DNA of 63,623 nucleotides, filler included, from Octopus bimaculoides (GCF_001194135.2; 7 parts of 7 records of this genome joined end to end with filler, not necessarily neighbours in it); one strand, 5' to 3'. Counted from the whole stretch's first letter, positions 24,036 to 37,960 are shown. The notes: generated by a model not told the origin, from the letters alone. Numbers and translations: made by a program.

Positions 24036-25464
24036 TATATACACGCAAACATATATATGTATATATTTATAAATATATATATACATGCACATACATATGC
24101 ATGTATGTATGTATACACGTAAGTGAACAAACGAAAGTAGCACTCAACACATGTAAAAGAGTAAAAAAGATTTATTTCCAAGTTGATGTTGACTTAGCCC
24201 TAGAATTTCACAGGCACAAATCAGCGACTACATCGTCAGATGACTGTGTATACACATAAGTATATAAGAGTGTATGTGTTTGTGTACCAATGTTTGTCAC
24301 AATGAGTGAGGGGAAGAGAGAAATAAAGGGGAGAGAAGATGGAGAAAGAAGTGAAGTTAAGTACAGAGCACAAGTAAAATGCACAGGATAAGGAAAACCA
24401 CAAACATGGATGCTGTCACCCCGCCAGCTTTTGACTGAAAGTCAAAATGATTTCAATTCTTTAACAACACGACGACTCGCTTCAGAATGCCTGTAAATTT
24501 ATAGCAAGTGATATTAGTTAATGTGTCATGAAGACAGGAGGGTATAAAATAAATGTGACAGGATGAAACAAGTATACGTAAACAGACGAATAATTTGAAA
24601 ATGTTAGGTGCAAGAGATATTTAAATCTATCAATTTTACAAAAACAATACCGAGAAAAATTAGTGTTTATGGCTAAGACATAAAGAACATTGGATAAAAT
24701 AAGAAAGAATATGAAAGAATATCAAATAGTGAACGACTTTCGAGTGGTGTGACAAAGAACAAACTTTGATTAATGGTAAATATAGATAACACCTAGCTGT
24801 GTGTGTGTGTGTATATATATANNNNNNNNNNNNNNNNNNNNNNNNNNNNNNNNNNNNNNNNNNNNNNNNNNNNNNNNNNNNNNNNNNNNNNNNNNNNNNN
24901 NNNNNNNNNNNNNNNNNNNNNNNNNNNNNNNNNNNNNNNNNNNNNNNNNNNNNNNNNNNNNNNNNNNNNNNNNNNNNNNNNNNNNNNNNNNNNNNNNNNN
25001 NNNNNNNNNNNNNNNNNNNNNNNNNNNNNNNNNNNNNNNNNNNNNNNNNNNNNNNNNNNNNNNNNNNNNNNNNNNNNNNNNNNNNNNNNNNNNNNNNNNN
25101 NNNNNNNNNNNNNNNNNNNNNNNNNNNNNNNNNNNNNNNNNNNNNNNNNNNNNNNNNNNNNNNNNNNNNNNNNNNNNNNNNNNNNNNNNNNNNNNNNNNN
25201 NNNNNNNNNNNNNNNNNNNNNNNNNNNNNNNNNNNNNNNNNNNNNNNNNNNNNNNNNNNNNNNNNNNNNNNNNNNNNNNNNNNNNNNNNNNNNNNNNNNN
25301 NNNNNNNNNNNNNNNNNNNNNNNNNNNNNNNNNNNNNNNNNNNNNNNNNNNNNNNNNNNNNNNNNNNNNNNNNNNNNNNNNNNNNNNNNNNNNNNNNNNN
25401 NNNNNNNNNNNNNNNNNNNNNNNNNNNNNNNNNNNNNNNNNNNNNNNNNNNNNNNNNNNNNNNT

Positions 25465-25775
25465 CTATATAATAGCCTCGGACCGACCAAAGCCATTTGA
25501 GTGGATTTGCTAGACGTAAATTGAAAGAAGCCTGTCGTGCTTGCGTATGTTTGTGTATATGTGTGTTTCTTTGTGTCTGTGTTTGTCCCCCATCACCGCT
25601 TCACAACCGGTGTTGGTGTTTTTACGTCTCCGTAACTTAGTACTTCGGCAAAGAGATTGATAGAAGAGGTACTGAGTTTACAAAAAGTCATGCGGTCAAC
25701 TTGTACTAAAATCCTTCAAAGTGGTCCCACAGCATGGCCGCAGTATAATGACTGAAAGAAGTAAAAAAAAAGATA
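25465..25775 (+). mobile_element. Abundant tRNA-derived SINE with central (TA/TG)n tract, head lost in gap
   Basis: TAGCCTCGG.CCGACCAAAGCC..GAAAGAAGCC and the CAGCATGGCCGCAGT..ATGACTGAAA tail are shared with more than 10 copies in the window. Confidence 0.85.
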
Positions 25776-26547
25776 CATATATATACACTCATACTCATAA
25801 TACATAGTTCATTACATAATTTACTGTTCCCTTGCGATTTGTCTAATTTCTTAAACACACATACAAATATAAATTATACATGCGTTTACATATATACATA
25901 TATACATACATACTTGTCAATATGTAAATTTTTATACTTCTTTCACGCAGTACAGTAAATGAAATATATATTGCATAACTAATGAAACACTGTAAAAAAA
26001 ACTATCCACTACGGTGAGAGCTTACATAGCAAATAAGTATTAAATTTTATCGAATCAAGGGACGGAAAGAGAAACATCTCCTCTGAGGAGCGGCTAACTA
26101 ACCAGGAGACTTTCCTTTTTCTGCACATCAAATGCACATAAGGATATTTTTACGTTATTATAGTTTCTCATCACAACTAGGCCTGTAAATATTTGAATAT
26201 ACTTTATTCTTTCTGGTTCATGAAATATATACCTATTGTTTAATTAATGAACAATGATCAAAAGCACAAATAAGCAAATTAAGCTACCTAGTAGATGGTT
26301 CAATTTACATGTCTAAAAATAATGATTTATCTCTTACATCACATCCAGTGACGTAGAAAATGAATATATATCGAATAATTTAGCCCTATCAAGAACGTGT
26401 GTGGCAAAACAGATGGTAGTCGGGGAAATTTAAAGCTGGAACATCTATAATAATACACTTGCACAATCAGGACCGTCATGGCGTCAACAACCTCTGGATG
26501 ATGGAAGACAAAATTGCCTTCTTGTATATATATCCATACACACATAC

Positions 26548-26732
26548 GCGTGGCTGTGTGGTAAGAAGCTTGCTTCCCAACAGCACAATTCCGGGATCTC
26601 TCCTACAGTGTGACACATTGGGCAAATGTCATATGCTATAGCCTCGGGCTGACCATAGCCTTGTGAGTGGATTCGGTAGATGGAAACTGAAAGAAGACAT
26701 ACATGTGTGTGTGCGTGCGTGCGTGCGTTCGT

Positions 26733-26775
<43 letters not shown>

Positions 26776-27030
26776 TATGTGTGTGTGTATGTGTGTATGT
26801 GTGTGTGTGTATGTGTGTGTGTGTGTCAGTGCTTGTCCTTCATCAGCGCTTGATAACTGATGTTGATGTGAATACATCCCCGTAACTTAACGTTTCAGCA
26901 AAAGAGACCGATAGAATAAACATCAGTCTTTAAACAATTATGTGCTGGTTTCGATGCGTTCGACTACAAAACTTGCAAGCGGTGTCCCATCATGGCCGCA
27001 GTCTAATGACAGAAGCATGTAAAGGATATT
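26548..27030 (+). mobile_element. Abundant tRNA-derived SINE, full length, expanded (GT)n
   Basis: Head GCGTGGCTGTGTGGTAAGAAGCTTGCTTCCC; body and tail as in the other copies. Confidence 0.88.
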
Positions 27031-27388
27031 ATATATATAACAGACACCATTTCAAGTTATGGGTCAACAAGAGTCTAACATACCAGACACTAATCCATAG
27101 TATTGGTCACTCCAAGGTATAATAAAATGCCATACAACATAAAATGTCAGACATAAGTGTCGTTCTGATCTGATAGTTATTGAGAGAGAAACACGAGTCC
27201 ACGTCTGTCCTCTTATCTTCACACAATAAGTCCGTCTTTTTCCTTTATGGCATGTTAATTTCAGGAAAATTCTTGAATCTTGAGGTTATCTCCCCTTCTT
27301 CTATGGTGGTGATCATAATTGTCTTTTGGTAATTATGATACATTCTTTAAAGGTGGAGACAAAGCTTATATTGCTCTCTCTCTCTATA

Positions 27389-27419
<31 letters not shown>

Positions 27420-27484
27420 NNNNNNNNNNTAGATAGATAGATATCTGTGTTTGTGTGTGTCTGTGTGTGTGTATGTGTGTGTGT

Positions 27485-27842
27485 GTATGTATCTTATCTT
27501 TTATTTCATTCAGTGTAGAACTTTTATCGACCCCAGTACTTACTATTTTTTTTCTTTTTTGTAAATCCTAGACTTAATCCATTGGTCCCTTTTCCTGAAC
27601 CGCTAAGTTACGGGGATGTAAATATACCAACACCGGTTATCAAGCGGTGGCGAGATGACAAACACACACATACACACGCACACATACATATATATACGAC
27701 GGACTTCTTTCAGTTTCCGCCTTCCGAATCCACTGTGGTCAGTCCGAGGCTATGCAAGACACTTACCTAAGGTGCAACTTAGTGGGACTGAACCCGGAAC
27801 CATGTGGTTGGGAAGCAAACTTCCTATCACACAACCACGCCT
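27485..27842 (-). mobile_element. Abundant tRNA-derived SINE
   Basis: Reverse complement of the same family, with B-box-like GGTTCAGTCCC. Confidence 0.88.
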
Positions 27843-30364
27843 ATATATATACATATGTGTGTATGTGTGTATGTGTGCGCGCGCGTGTGTATATACGTAG
27901 CGGTATTTGAACTGAAAACGTTGTATATACTCTACTAATCCCAGCCTCTACTAATCCCAGCTTCTACTAATCCCAGCTTCGGCATAATATTTTTTAGTTA
28001 GGCATGATTAAAGCAACAAATTGTCAAGAAAGAGATTTAGTCGGATCAAATCGCTTTTCGATGACTATTTTATGGAACCTGAGAGCTGTGCTCGGTGAGA
28101 TTTGAACTTGTATCGTCAAAACACTCCACCGAGCCCTTGGAAAACCCTCTACTACATAACCGCCCTTTAGAGCTGCCTACAATAATAACAATTTATATCA
28201 ATAAGCACAACTCGTTAGAAGCTCTATCAGCAGTCGTGTTCTGTGAGGGAGTAAGCACAGATTTAGAAAAATGATTCCAGATCTTCAAACCAATCGGCAG
28301 CCATTTCTCTTTTGCGTGGTTTTTATGTAAATTTTTTGTCGTTTCTGTTTCGTTATTTATTTATGTTCCTTTTTTTTTTATTTATTTGAACGAATAACCA
28401 ATGGAAACGATGTTCGTGTCGCCTTTGATGTTGCTGTTGTTGTTATTGTTGTTGTTGTGATCATGGTAGTTTTGTTGTTTTTATCGCTAATGTTAAAGAC
28501 GAGGTTATGATGTGTGAACGTTGTTGATGTTGTTGTTGTATCATTCTATGAAAAACGCGGTGACGAACACAATGGTAGTGGTGGTTGTGGTAGCAAAGCT
28601 GGGTGGTCTTGGTGGCGTTGATGGTAGTGATGGTAGTAGTGAATTTTTTTTTTTTTTTGTGCTGCTTTAGTTGTTGCTGATGGTGGCAGTCGTCGTCGTT
28701 TTGGCAATAATGACGCTGGTGGAAACGGTGGCAAGGACAGTGGTGGTGGTGGTGGTGGTGGNNNNNNNNNNNNNNNNNNNNNNNNNNNNNNNNNNNNNNN
28801 NNNNNNNNNNNNNNNNNNNNNNNNNNNNNNNNNNNNNNNNNNNNNNNNNNNNNNNNNNNNNNNNNNNNNNNNNNNNNNNNNNNNNNNNNNNNNNNNNNNN
28901 NNNNNNNNNNNNNNNNNNNNNNNNNNNNNNNNNNNNNNNNNNNNNNNNNNNNNNNNNNNNNNNNNNNNNNNNNNNNNNNNNNNNNNNNNNNNNNNNNNNN
29001 NNNNNNNNNNNNNNNNNNNNNNNNNNNNNNNNNNNNNNNNNNNNNNNNNNNNNNNNNNNNNNNNNNNNNNNNNNNNNNNNNNNNNNNNNNNNNNNNNNNN
29101 NNNNNNNNNNNNNNNNNNNNNNNNNNNNNNNNNNNNNNNNNNNNNNNNNNNNNNNNNNNNNNNNNNNNNNNNNNNNNNNNNNNNNNNNNNNNNNNNNNNN
29201 NNNNNNNNNNNNNNNNNNNNNNNNNNNNNNNNNNNNNNNNNNNNNNNNNNNNNNNNNNNNNNNNNNNNNNNNNNNNNNNNNNNNNNNNNNNNNNNNNNNN
29301 NNNNNNNNNNNNNNNNNNNNNNNNNNNNNNNNNNNNNNNNNNNNNNNNNNNNNNNNNNNNNNNNNNNNNGTTGGTGGTGATAGTGGTGGTAGTAGTGGTG
29401 ATGGTGGTGGATGGTGGTAGTTATCCCGCTCCATCTCCAAACCAATTCTTTGATATAGATGAGTGATAGCACGGAATTTGCCAATCGAACGATGATCAGG
29501 AATGGGCCTACTTATGACCTGCGGTGTGTTCAATAATTGGAGTGGTGGCTGGGGAAGAATCATTATATAGTTGTGTGTTTGTGTGTAATCGTGTGCAGAT
29601 GTGAGTGTGTCTCTGCACATATATATATATATAAGCATATACACGCACGATCACACATACAGATATATTACGTATCTAAATGCACGCAAGTATGTATATA
29701 CACATGGATATGTATGTATGTTTGTATGTATGTATGTATGTATCTATATGAGTGCATTTATACAAATACATAAGGGTATATATATATGTATATATATNNN
29801 NNNNNNNNNNNNNNNNNNNNNNNNNNNNNNNNNNNNNNNNNNNNNNNNNNNNNNNNNNNNNNNNNNNNNNNNNNNNNNNNNNNNNNNNNNNNNNNNNNNN
29901 NNNNNNNNNNNNNNNNNNNNNNNNNNNNNNNNNNNNNNNNNNNNNNNNNNNNNNNNNNNNNNNNNNNNNNNNNNNNNNNNNNNNNNNNNNNNNNNNNNNN
30001 NNNNNNNNNNNNNNNNNNNNNNNNNNNNNNNNNNNNNNNNNNNNNNNNNNNNNNNNNNNNNNNNNNNNNNNNNNNNNNNNNNNNNNNNNNNNNNNNNNNN
30101 NNNNNNNNNNNNNNNNNNNNNNNNNNNNNNNNNNNNNNNNNNNNNNNNNNNNNNNNNNNNNNNNNNNNTATATATATATGCACACACATATTTTCATACC
30201 TACAGCCATGAATATACGTATACGAGAATTTTTAATATCTATATTTATACTTGTGTGAGTAGTTGAATGCATACACGCACATACACACTCACACACACGC
30301 ACCAATACACACACAGATACACACATGCACACACGTATACACGCATATGTGTATATATATGTGT

Positions 30365-30410
<46 letters not shown>

Positions 30411-31331
30411 GTATCTTCTTGTATGTATGCGTATAAACACATACATACACACAGTGTATAATGGAAATGTATGGAAGTATGAATATATCTGCGTGTGTAC
30501 AAATGTATATGTATGTATGTATGTATGCATGTATGTATGTATGTATGTATGTATGCATGCATGTATGTATGTATGTATGTATGTATGTGTATGTGTGAGC
30601 GTGTACGTGTGTCTACACCTCTTGTACAAGAGATTGTAATGATCAGTGAATATTCGGTTTGTTTTAAACCAAAAATTATCACGTTTTGATGTTCTTTTTC
30701 TTCTTATTATTATCATTTTTATATCGTTCTTATTGTCGTTATTATTATTTTTGTTGGTGGTGTTATGTTGTTGTTAATGTTGTGCGTTTCGTTATTAATG
30801 TCTTTGTCATATCTGTTGTTCCTATTGTTATTGCTATTGTTGTTATTGATGCCTGTGATATGGTTGTGCTTCTTTTTTTGTTTTTTTCTTGTTGATCATT
30901 TTGTTCTTGTTATTGCTGTTCTTATTTCCTTTCCTATTTTTATTATTGTTATTATTATTAATATTGTTATGTTGTCGTTGTTACTGTCGTTAATTTAATT
31001 TTTGATGTTGTTTGAGGTTTTGGCTGTTATGATTCTTTGTTTATGATCATTATTATTATTATTGTTGTTGTTGTTGTTATTATTATCATCATCATCATCA
31101 ACATTACTATTTTTATTGTTGTTATTATGTTGTTGTTGTTGTTGTTATTGGAACAGTGAGTGTCGGAAATGGTAGCGCACCGGATTAAATGTCTTTCGGA
31201 ATTTAGTTATGTCCATTTACGTTCTTCAGATCAAAATCCCCTCGAGGGTCAATAAAATAATACCAGTGAAGTAATGGAGTCGATTAATCGACTGGTACCA
31301 CCTACAACATGTGTAGATTTTTTTACTTTTT

Positions 31332-31370
<39 letters not shown>

Positions 31371-34300
31371 CTTGTTCTTGTTATTTGCTGCTGACATCGT
31401 TCAGATGTTCTAGAATTTTGCTTCAAGAATTCTCGATGATTTTGATTTTGAAAAATATTTCAAACTGGAGCTGTATTTAAACATTTAGGAATGTCTTCCG
31501 TAGTTTTGGAACTAGACAACAAAGTCACGTTTCTTTGTCGTTTTTTTTTTTGTTTATTTCTTTTTATATTTTAACGTCAAGTTTCAATGAAATAAATGCA
31601 TCATGTTCTTCCCATAACTAGCCCCAAAATGAATAACTGCGGATGAAGTAAAGCTTTTAACAAACAAAAAGTTAAAAAAATATAAATACCAACAAGTAAA
31701 TTACAGAAAATGATAACAGAATATGACATTAAAAGTAAGACATGTTGTTGACAATGGTAACATCAACAGCATGTACATATTTTACGAAATGAAATTGTGA
31801 TGAATCTAAACCATATGTATGTGGTATGCATCATTTTTAAAAGAGAAGACTCCGAAAATAATGCAAATCCGAATTATCCGAGACTCTGCTTAACTCGAAC
31901 TGGCCTCACAATATTTGGAAAGGAAAACACAAGGATCACAGTTAAAGACACCAGCGACCTCTGTCTTATAGTTCAGTTTCATGGCAGACGCAAGGTGGTC
32001 ATTGCAGACGCAAGTTTCGGCGATATGTGATTGGTTGAAGGTTATCATAGATATACATGTTCTTATGACTCCACTAAACCGCAAAATAACACTATTGACA
32101 GTCTGTGAGGGAAGGTCTTAAAACTGAAGGTCCTGGGTAGCAAACAGAACTACTACACATAAGGGGTAATAAAAACTATTTTCGAATTTTCTGTCGAGAA
32201 AACTTAAAAGACTCAAATCACAACAACAACAATAAGTCATGGATGTTACGAGACCCAAGCTGGCACAACAGCATAAGGTGTCACTGGGAATATCTCTAGA
32301 GGTAACCAAGAGACCAAACAGCTCCTCACCTCTTGAGCACAACCAGTGAGGTTAATGGGAATTAATCATAGCAACAATTAAAAACAGCTGAAACAAAACT
32401 ATCAGAAGGCAGCCTTTCCAAGTATATCACCTCATCCACTAATGAGGATGGGGACAAGACGAAAATCGAAGATCAACAGTCGTTTACATAAAAAAAGAAA
32501 CGTAAAATCCAAAGACATTAGAAAAAAAATTAAAGCCTGAGTGGAGTACACTTCCGATGAGGAAGAGACACGCTCCGCTGAGTTACAACCATTCACTTTT
32601 AAAAGGGAGTTTATCATCTGTGAGAAATAAACTGCCCCACTCTTCAAATGAAATAAAATCCACAACTCTTCGCAAGGCTAAAATAAGTATGTAACAAACA
32701 CCTATATAAAGTACGTCTGTGCTTTTCAGAAGAAGTACGGATCGAAAAGAAGACGGGATCACAGACATAAAATGGATAGACTATTAGTAGAAATTTTATA
32801 CATTACCAGGGGTTATACGTCAAAGATCCGCAGGTTGTGGGTCCTCGTTTGCCCGTTGTAACCTAAGAACTCCTCTTAGAAGTGCTAGGAATCTCTAGTT
32901 ATAAACGCTAGAAAAAGGAAGTAGAAAGGTTGCTTCATCAACAAGGTGTGGTTCCCTGAATATCACAGGTGCCGGCTTTTCATCTATGTGTAAGTGGTTA
33001 CACTGAATGTTGTATTAAATGAATATGTTTTATAAAACTATTTTGATCAATACCCGAGGTCATTTATGTATTCTAATGCATATTAAAATTGTATTCACTA
33101 TAATTGCATATCTGTCAGTACTCTGCATCTCATCCCACTCATATTTATATGTGTTTAACGTAGATTGTATTTTATTGTATCTTCCGAGTTCTTGTATAAA
33201 GAAAGATGAACGTGTGTGCAAATGTTTATAAATTCAACTTCACAAGTGAAAGTTGTAAATTTCACGACTCCAACTGATCTGTCAGATGTAACAACCAAAT
33301 ACTCATTAAATCACAACCTATCGACATAAATAAGGTAAAGATACACTGATTAATATAGTTCTTCATATTTTCATAGAGTCGGAAGAAATTATCGACCACT
33401 GAATACATTTATAATGATTTTATATTTCATGTATTGATGTGGTTCTGAATGGTAATTATTGCCATGAAATTCATTTTCGCCATAAATCAATAAGTAAAAA
33501 GCTAATAGCTTTTAAAGTCTGCAAATTTTGGGTAATTTTAGCCAATCGAAAGCCACAGACATATAGGCGTCTGTTTCCATAGTGACAAGCCAAGCTATTA
33601 CTAAGCTATCCAGCCACATGGTCATTTTCGTTTATTAAATGCTTAAAACACATTATGACCATAGTGGTCATGAGATGTACTAAAAATATCAGCTAAATAG
33701 GCATTAAATCACGCGCCATTTTTTTTTAAACATAATTATGTGAATTCCCGTGTGTAGAATACAAATTCGCAAAAATTTTCTGAAAATTCCAAAAAATAAA
33801 AAAGTTATGAAGGGTTATATGGCGTGCGTAAAGCAGAATTCCGTCGATATTTCGTTTGCTGACAGTTAACACGTGCAGCCACGCACAAAATGACAGCTTC
33901 CAAATCTTGCTTTTTTGACTGGGTAAAAATTATTAAATTTTAAAGCCCTGTAACTTTTTTTTTTTAATTTTGTCTAACAAGTGAATTAGGTCCTGAGATT
34001 CAGCGTGAAAAATTACATCAANNNNNNNNNNNNNNNNNNNNNNNNNNNNNNNNNNNNNNNNNNNNNNNNNNNNNNNNNNNNNNNNNNNNNNNNNNNNNNN
34101 NNNNNNNNNNNNNNNNNNNNNNNNNNNNNNNNNNNNNNNNNNNNNNNNNNNNNNNNNNNNNNNNNNNNNNNNNNNNNNNNNNNNNNNNNNNNNNNNNNNN
34201 NNNNNNNNNNNNNNNNNNNNNNNNNNNNNNNNNNNNNNNNNNNNNNNNNNNNNNNNNNNNNNNNNNNNNNNNNNNNNNNNNNNNNNNNNNNNNNNNNNNN

Positions 34301-34491
34301 NNNNNNNNNNNNNNNNTGTGTGTGTGTGTGTGTGTGTATGTGCGCGTGCGTACGTGCGTGCGAGCACGCTTTTGCTTCTCAACTACATTGTTCTGCGTTT
34401 TAGTCTCACTGCAGTGTCTGCTATTACGTCCTCATGTCAACCAAAGCCTTTTGAGTGGATATAATAAACAGAAAATGAAAGAAGCCCATCC

Positions 34492-34558
<67 letters not shown>

Positions 34559-34635
34559 NNNNNNNNNNNNNNNNNNNNNNNNNNNNNNNNNNNNNNNNNN
34601 NNNNNNNNNNNNNNNNNNNNNNACAAACATATGTA

Positions 34636-34670
<35 letters not shown>

Positions 34671-35026
34671 TCAGGCATACACACACATTCTCTCTCTCAC
34701 TCACACACACACTCACACATGGACATAAATATGTACAAGTACTTACAATAGGCACATACAAATATACTGACGACTGAATACATACAAAGATACAGAAAAG
34801 CACGCATATGCGCGCGCACACATACACACACAACTATATTCCCGCCCACACATACAAATAGAAACATATGCGAGCCGATGATGAACACACACGCACGCAC
34901 ACACTCACTCACACACGCACACATACACACAAGTGCATGCGCGCGCACATACGCACACACACACACACACACACACATGCACACACAATCCGAGCAGCCA
35001 ATCATCAGCTTTGCTGCTGATCTCGA

Positions 35027-35166
35027 TGACCTTCAACGAAAAATCTGTCTCTGAATATTTGGTTTAAAGGTGGTATTGTATAAAGACATTCATTTGAGAA
35101 ATGAACTCTGACCTTTGAACTGCAAATGTTGACCTCTGAACTGTTAGAGGTCAGAGTTATTGACCC
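35027..35166. promoter_or_regulatory. Cluster of eight RGKTCA nuclear-receptor half-sites including DR1 pairs; candidate enhancer
   Basis: TGACCT 35027; TGAACT-C-TGACCT-T-TGAACT 35102-35121; TGACCT-C-TGAACT 35130-35142; AGGTCA 35148; TGACCC 35161. CCAAT box AGCCAATCA near 34996-35004. Confidence 0.5.
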
Positions 35167-35584
35167 AGTTAGGGCAGCGGGGATGGCGATGGGAGAGAGG
35201 GGTTTCACCATGCCGACTCAGAAAGGAAGACATTCAGAGAGGAGGCGGAGGTATGGTGTAGGGGAAGGAGTTGGTAATATATAATAGATGGGTAGAGAGA
35301 AAGAGAGAGAGCATAGGAAATACACAGACAGGGACATAATGAATATGAGAGAAGAGGACAATAACTGAGACCCACACATTATGTCAACAGAGAAAGAGTG
35401 GACGCTTTGTTATCGCTTGATCTGTTAGAAATAACAGCCACTCAATAACCACTCAAATCACAAACTATCAACGTAAATAAAGATACACTGGATAATATAG
35501 TTCTTCATATTTACATAGAGTCGGCAGAAATTATCGACCACTGAATAGATTTATAATGGATCGGAACACACCCACCTCTCTACG

Positions 35585-35621
<37 letters not shown>

Positions 35622-35757
35622 TCAACTCCGTAATCAGAAGAATAGTCGACCCACTTTCGACTAAAATCTTAACGAAGGGACTTTCGACTTTTACAAGTTG
35701 GAGTCGTGGAATTTACAACTTTCACCTGTGAAGTTAAATTGATAAACATTCACACAC

Positions 35758-35841
<84 letters not shown>

Positions 35842-36653
35842 TCACACACGCACGTGCATACATTCACTCACACAAACACATTCAAACATACACACACATT
35901 CACACATTCACACGCATTCAGATATGCAACGCTCCATCATGGCCTTATCCCTGATAAGGTGGTGCAGGTGGAATGAAGGTGGTATTCTTGTTCTTGATGG
36001 TGGTGGTGATAGTGGTGATTATGGAATGTGTTGATGTTCGTGATTGAGGAAGTGATGGTTAGAGATGATGTTGATAATGCTAATGGTGTTGAGATGATGG
36101 CGATGATACTGATGATAGTGATGAATTTGGTGATGTGTTCGAGTTCGGCCACAATTAAGCCTCTTGCTTTGTTTTACCTATTGCAGCTACGGCCATGATG
36201 GGAGTCCCGCCTTTATCAAGGAAGTTACAACCGTGACTATCCCCTTTTTTAGCCAGACACACCACACCATCTGCTACATTATGAAGCATGTCCTTCCTTT
36301 TTAACACAGCAGGAGGTATATCTGTTCTTTATAGCAGGTTGGCCAACCACCAAGCGTCTCACATTCGAGTTCCGGTTTTGATTGAAATACGTTGCTGTAC
36401 AGCCATAGATCAACTCTGATTAAGCAGGTCTTTGATCAAAATCGTTTCAGCTGTACTCACCACGTCCTTTTAATCTATCTACGACTAACTTGTTCAACGT
36501 ATCCGGTTTTTTTTCAAGACGAGCATGGGTGTGATTAATGATTGTTGCATGTCATCCAACAGACATGTATTGGTGTCACGTGCGGGTCCCCATCACCTCA
36601 ACCACCACCATCATCACTGTTACAGACAACAACACTATTACCACAAACGACAG

Positions 36654-36654
<1 letters not shown>

Positions 36655-36686
<32 letters not shown>

Positions 36687-36754
36687 TCACCACCATCACT
36701 ACTGCTACTACTACCACCACTACCACCATAACTACTACTACTATTAGATACACA

Positions 36755-36789
<35 letters not shown>

Positions 36790-36793
36790 AACA

Positions 36794-36825
<32 letters not shown>

Positions 36826-37000
36826 AACCACTACCATCACTACCACCACTACCACCACCATCACTACTGTTACTACTACTACCACCACTACCACCATAAC
36901 TACTACTACTATTAGATACACAACAACTACTACTACTAATATTACAACAACTACTACTACTACTACTACTACAACTACAGTGCCAATAACAATAGCTACG
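36655..37000. repeat. Compound (ACT/ACC/ACA)n microsatellite with an internal ~167-bp higher-order duplication
   Basis: ACTATTAGATACACAAC occurs twice (about 36739 and 36906) within the triplet array; source of the poly-T/poly-V ORFs. Confidence 0.9.
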
Positions 37001-37754
37001 ACAGCAACCCTTTGATATTGGTACACGACATCACTCACTCCCACAAACTACCCTCATGACATAGATAAAGAGGGTGATTGACGTCGTCACCTCATACCGA
37101 CACTCTGTAGACCAATATCGAAGGAATGCCACTACGACATCCAAAATGCTATTAATTCCCAAACACCAACGCTAATACCAATAATGAAACCATTCCATGC
37201 ATCAACCCAAACATTTTGCCAGCAATATCATCGTGAGAGACACTAACACCAACAGTTTGTGGCATTAGCACTACAACCTCCACCCTCACCACCGCACGAC
37301 TATGATCACCACCACTACAACAACTATACGAGGCGCAATAATTTGTAAAAAGCGAACGGCGGATATTGGAGAAAGTAGACAGTGAAAAAAAACACGATAT
37401 GGCAGCCATGTTGTTGATACAAATGATGTCAACACCATGTGGACAAAACTGTTTCCTACATCATCATCTTCACCGCCTTCATTACACCGCCGCCGCCACC
37501 ACCACCACCACAAACAACAACAACAACTGCATCTATGCAACCGCCATCATCACCACCCCTACAACCAGCAACAACAGCACCGTTACCGCCAAAGCTGTCA
37601 CCACCAACACCAATATACTTGAACTGACAGAAACACCATCAGAAAGAATTGAACTGCAAACACAACCAACAACTATAACATACCCATTTACAACAGCAAC
37701 AACAATAACAACAGCATAACAAACCAGAGTAACACAACAATTAAAGAGAATATT

Positions 37755-37960
37755 GATTTCAAATTTTTGCACAAGGCCAGCAATTTCGGGGTAGAGGATT
37801 AGTCTATTAAATCGAGCCCAGTACTCAACTGGTACTTATTTTATCGACCTGAAATTATGAAAGGCAAAGCTGACCTTGGCGGAATTTGAACTCAGAGCAT
37901 AAAGACGGACAAAATGCTTCGCAGCATTTTGTCCGGTGTGCTAACGATTCTACCAGCTCC
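37755..37960 (-). mobile_element. tRNA-derived SINE (same family as 48845-49995)
   Basis: Reverse complement of AAGG..GAGCTGGTAGAATCGTTAGCAC..GAGTTCAAATTCCGCC..GCCTTTCAT. Confidence 0.85.

Noticed and set aside
27920-27980. CTCTACTAATCCCAGC x3 (also a TGTATTTGTGCAAG array at about 45490-45545) as CRISPR-like or telomeric repeats
   Set aside because: Contiguous minisatellites with no spacers; eukaryotic context; not TTAGGG arrays.
36453-36540. Minus-strand donor GTG|GTGAGT after EKKPDTLNKLVVDRLKGR
   Set aside because: No acceptor with a pyrimidine tract, and the donor overlaps a recurring interspersed repeat (..GATCAAAGACCTGCTTAATCAGAGTTGATC).
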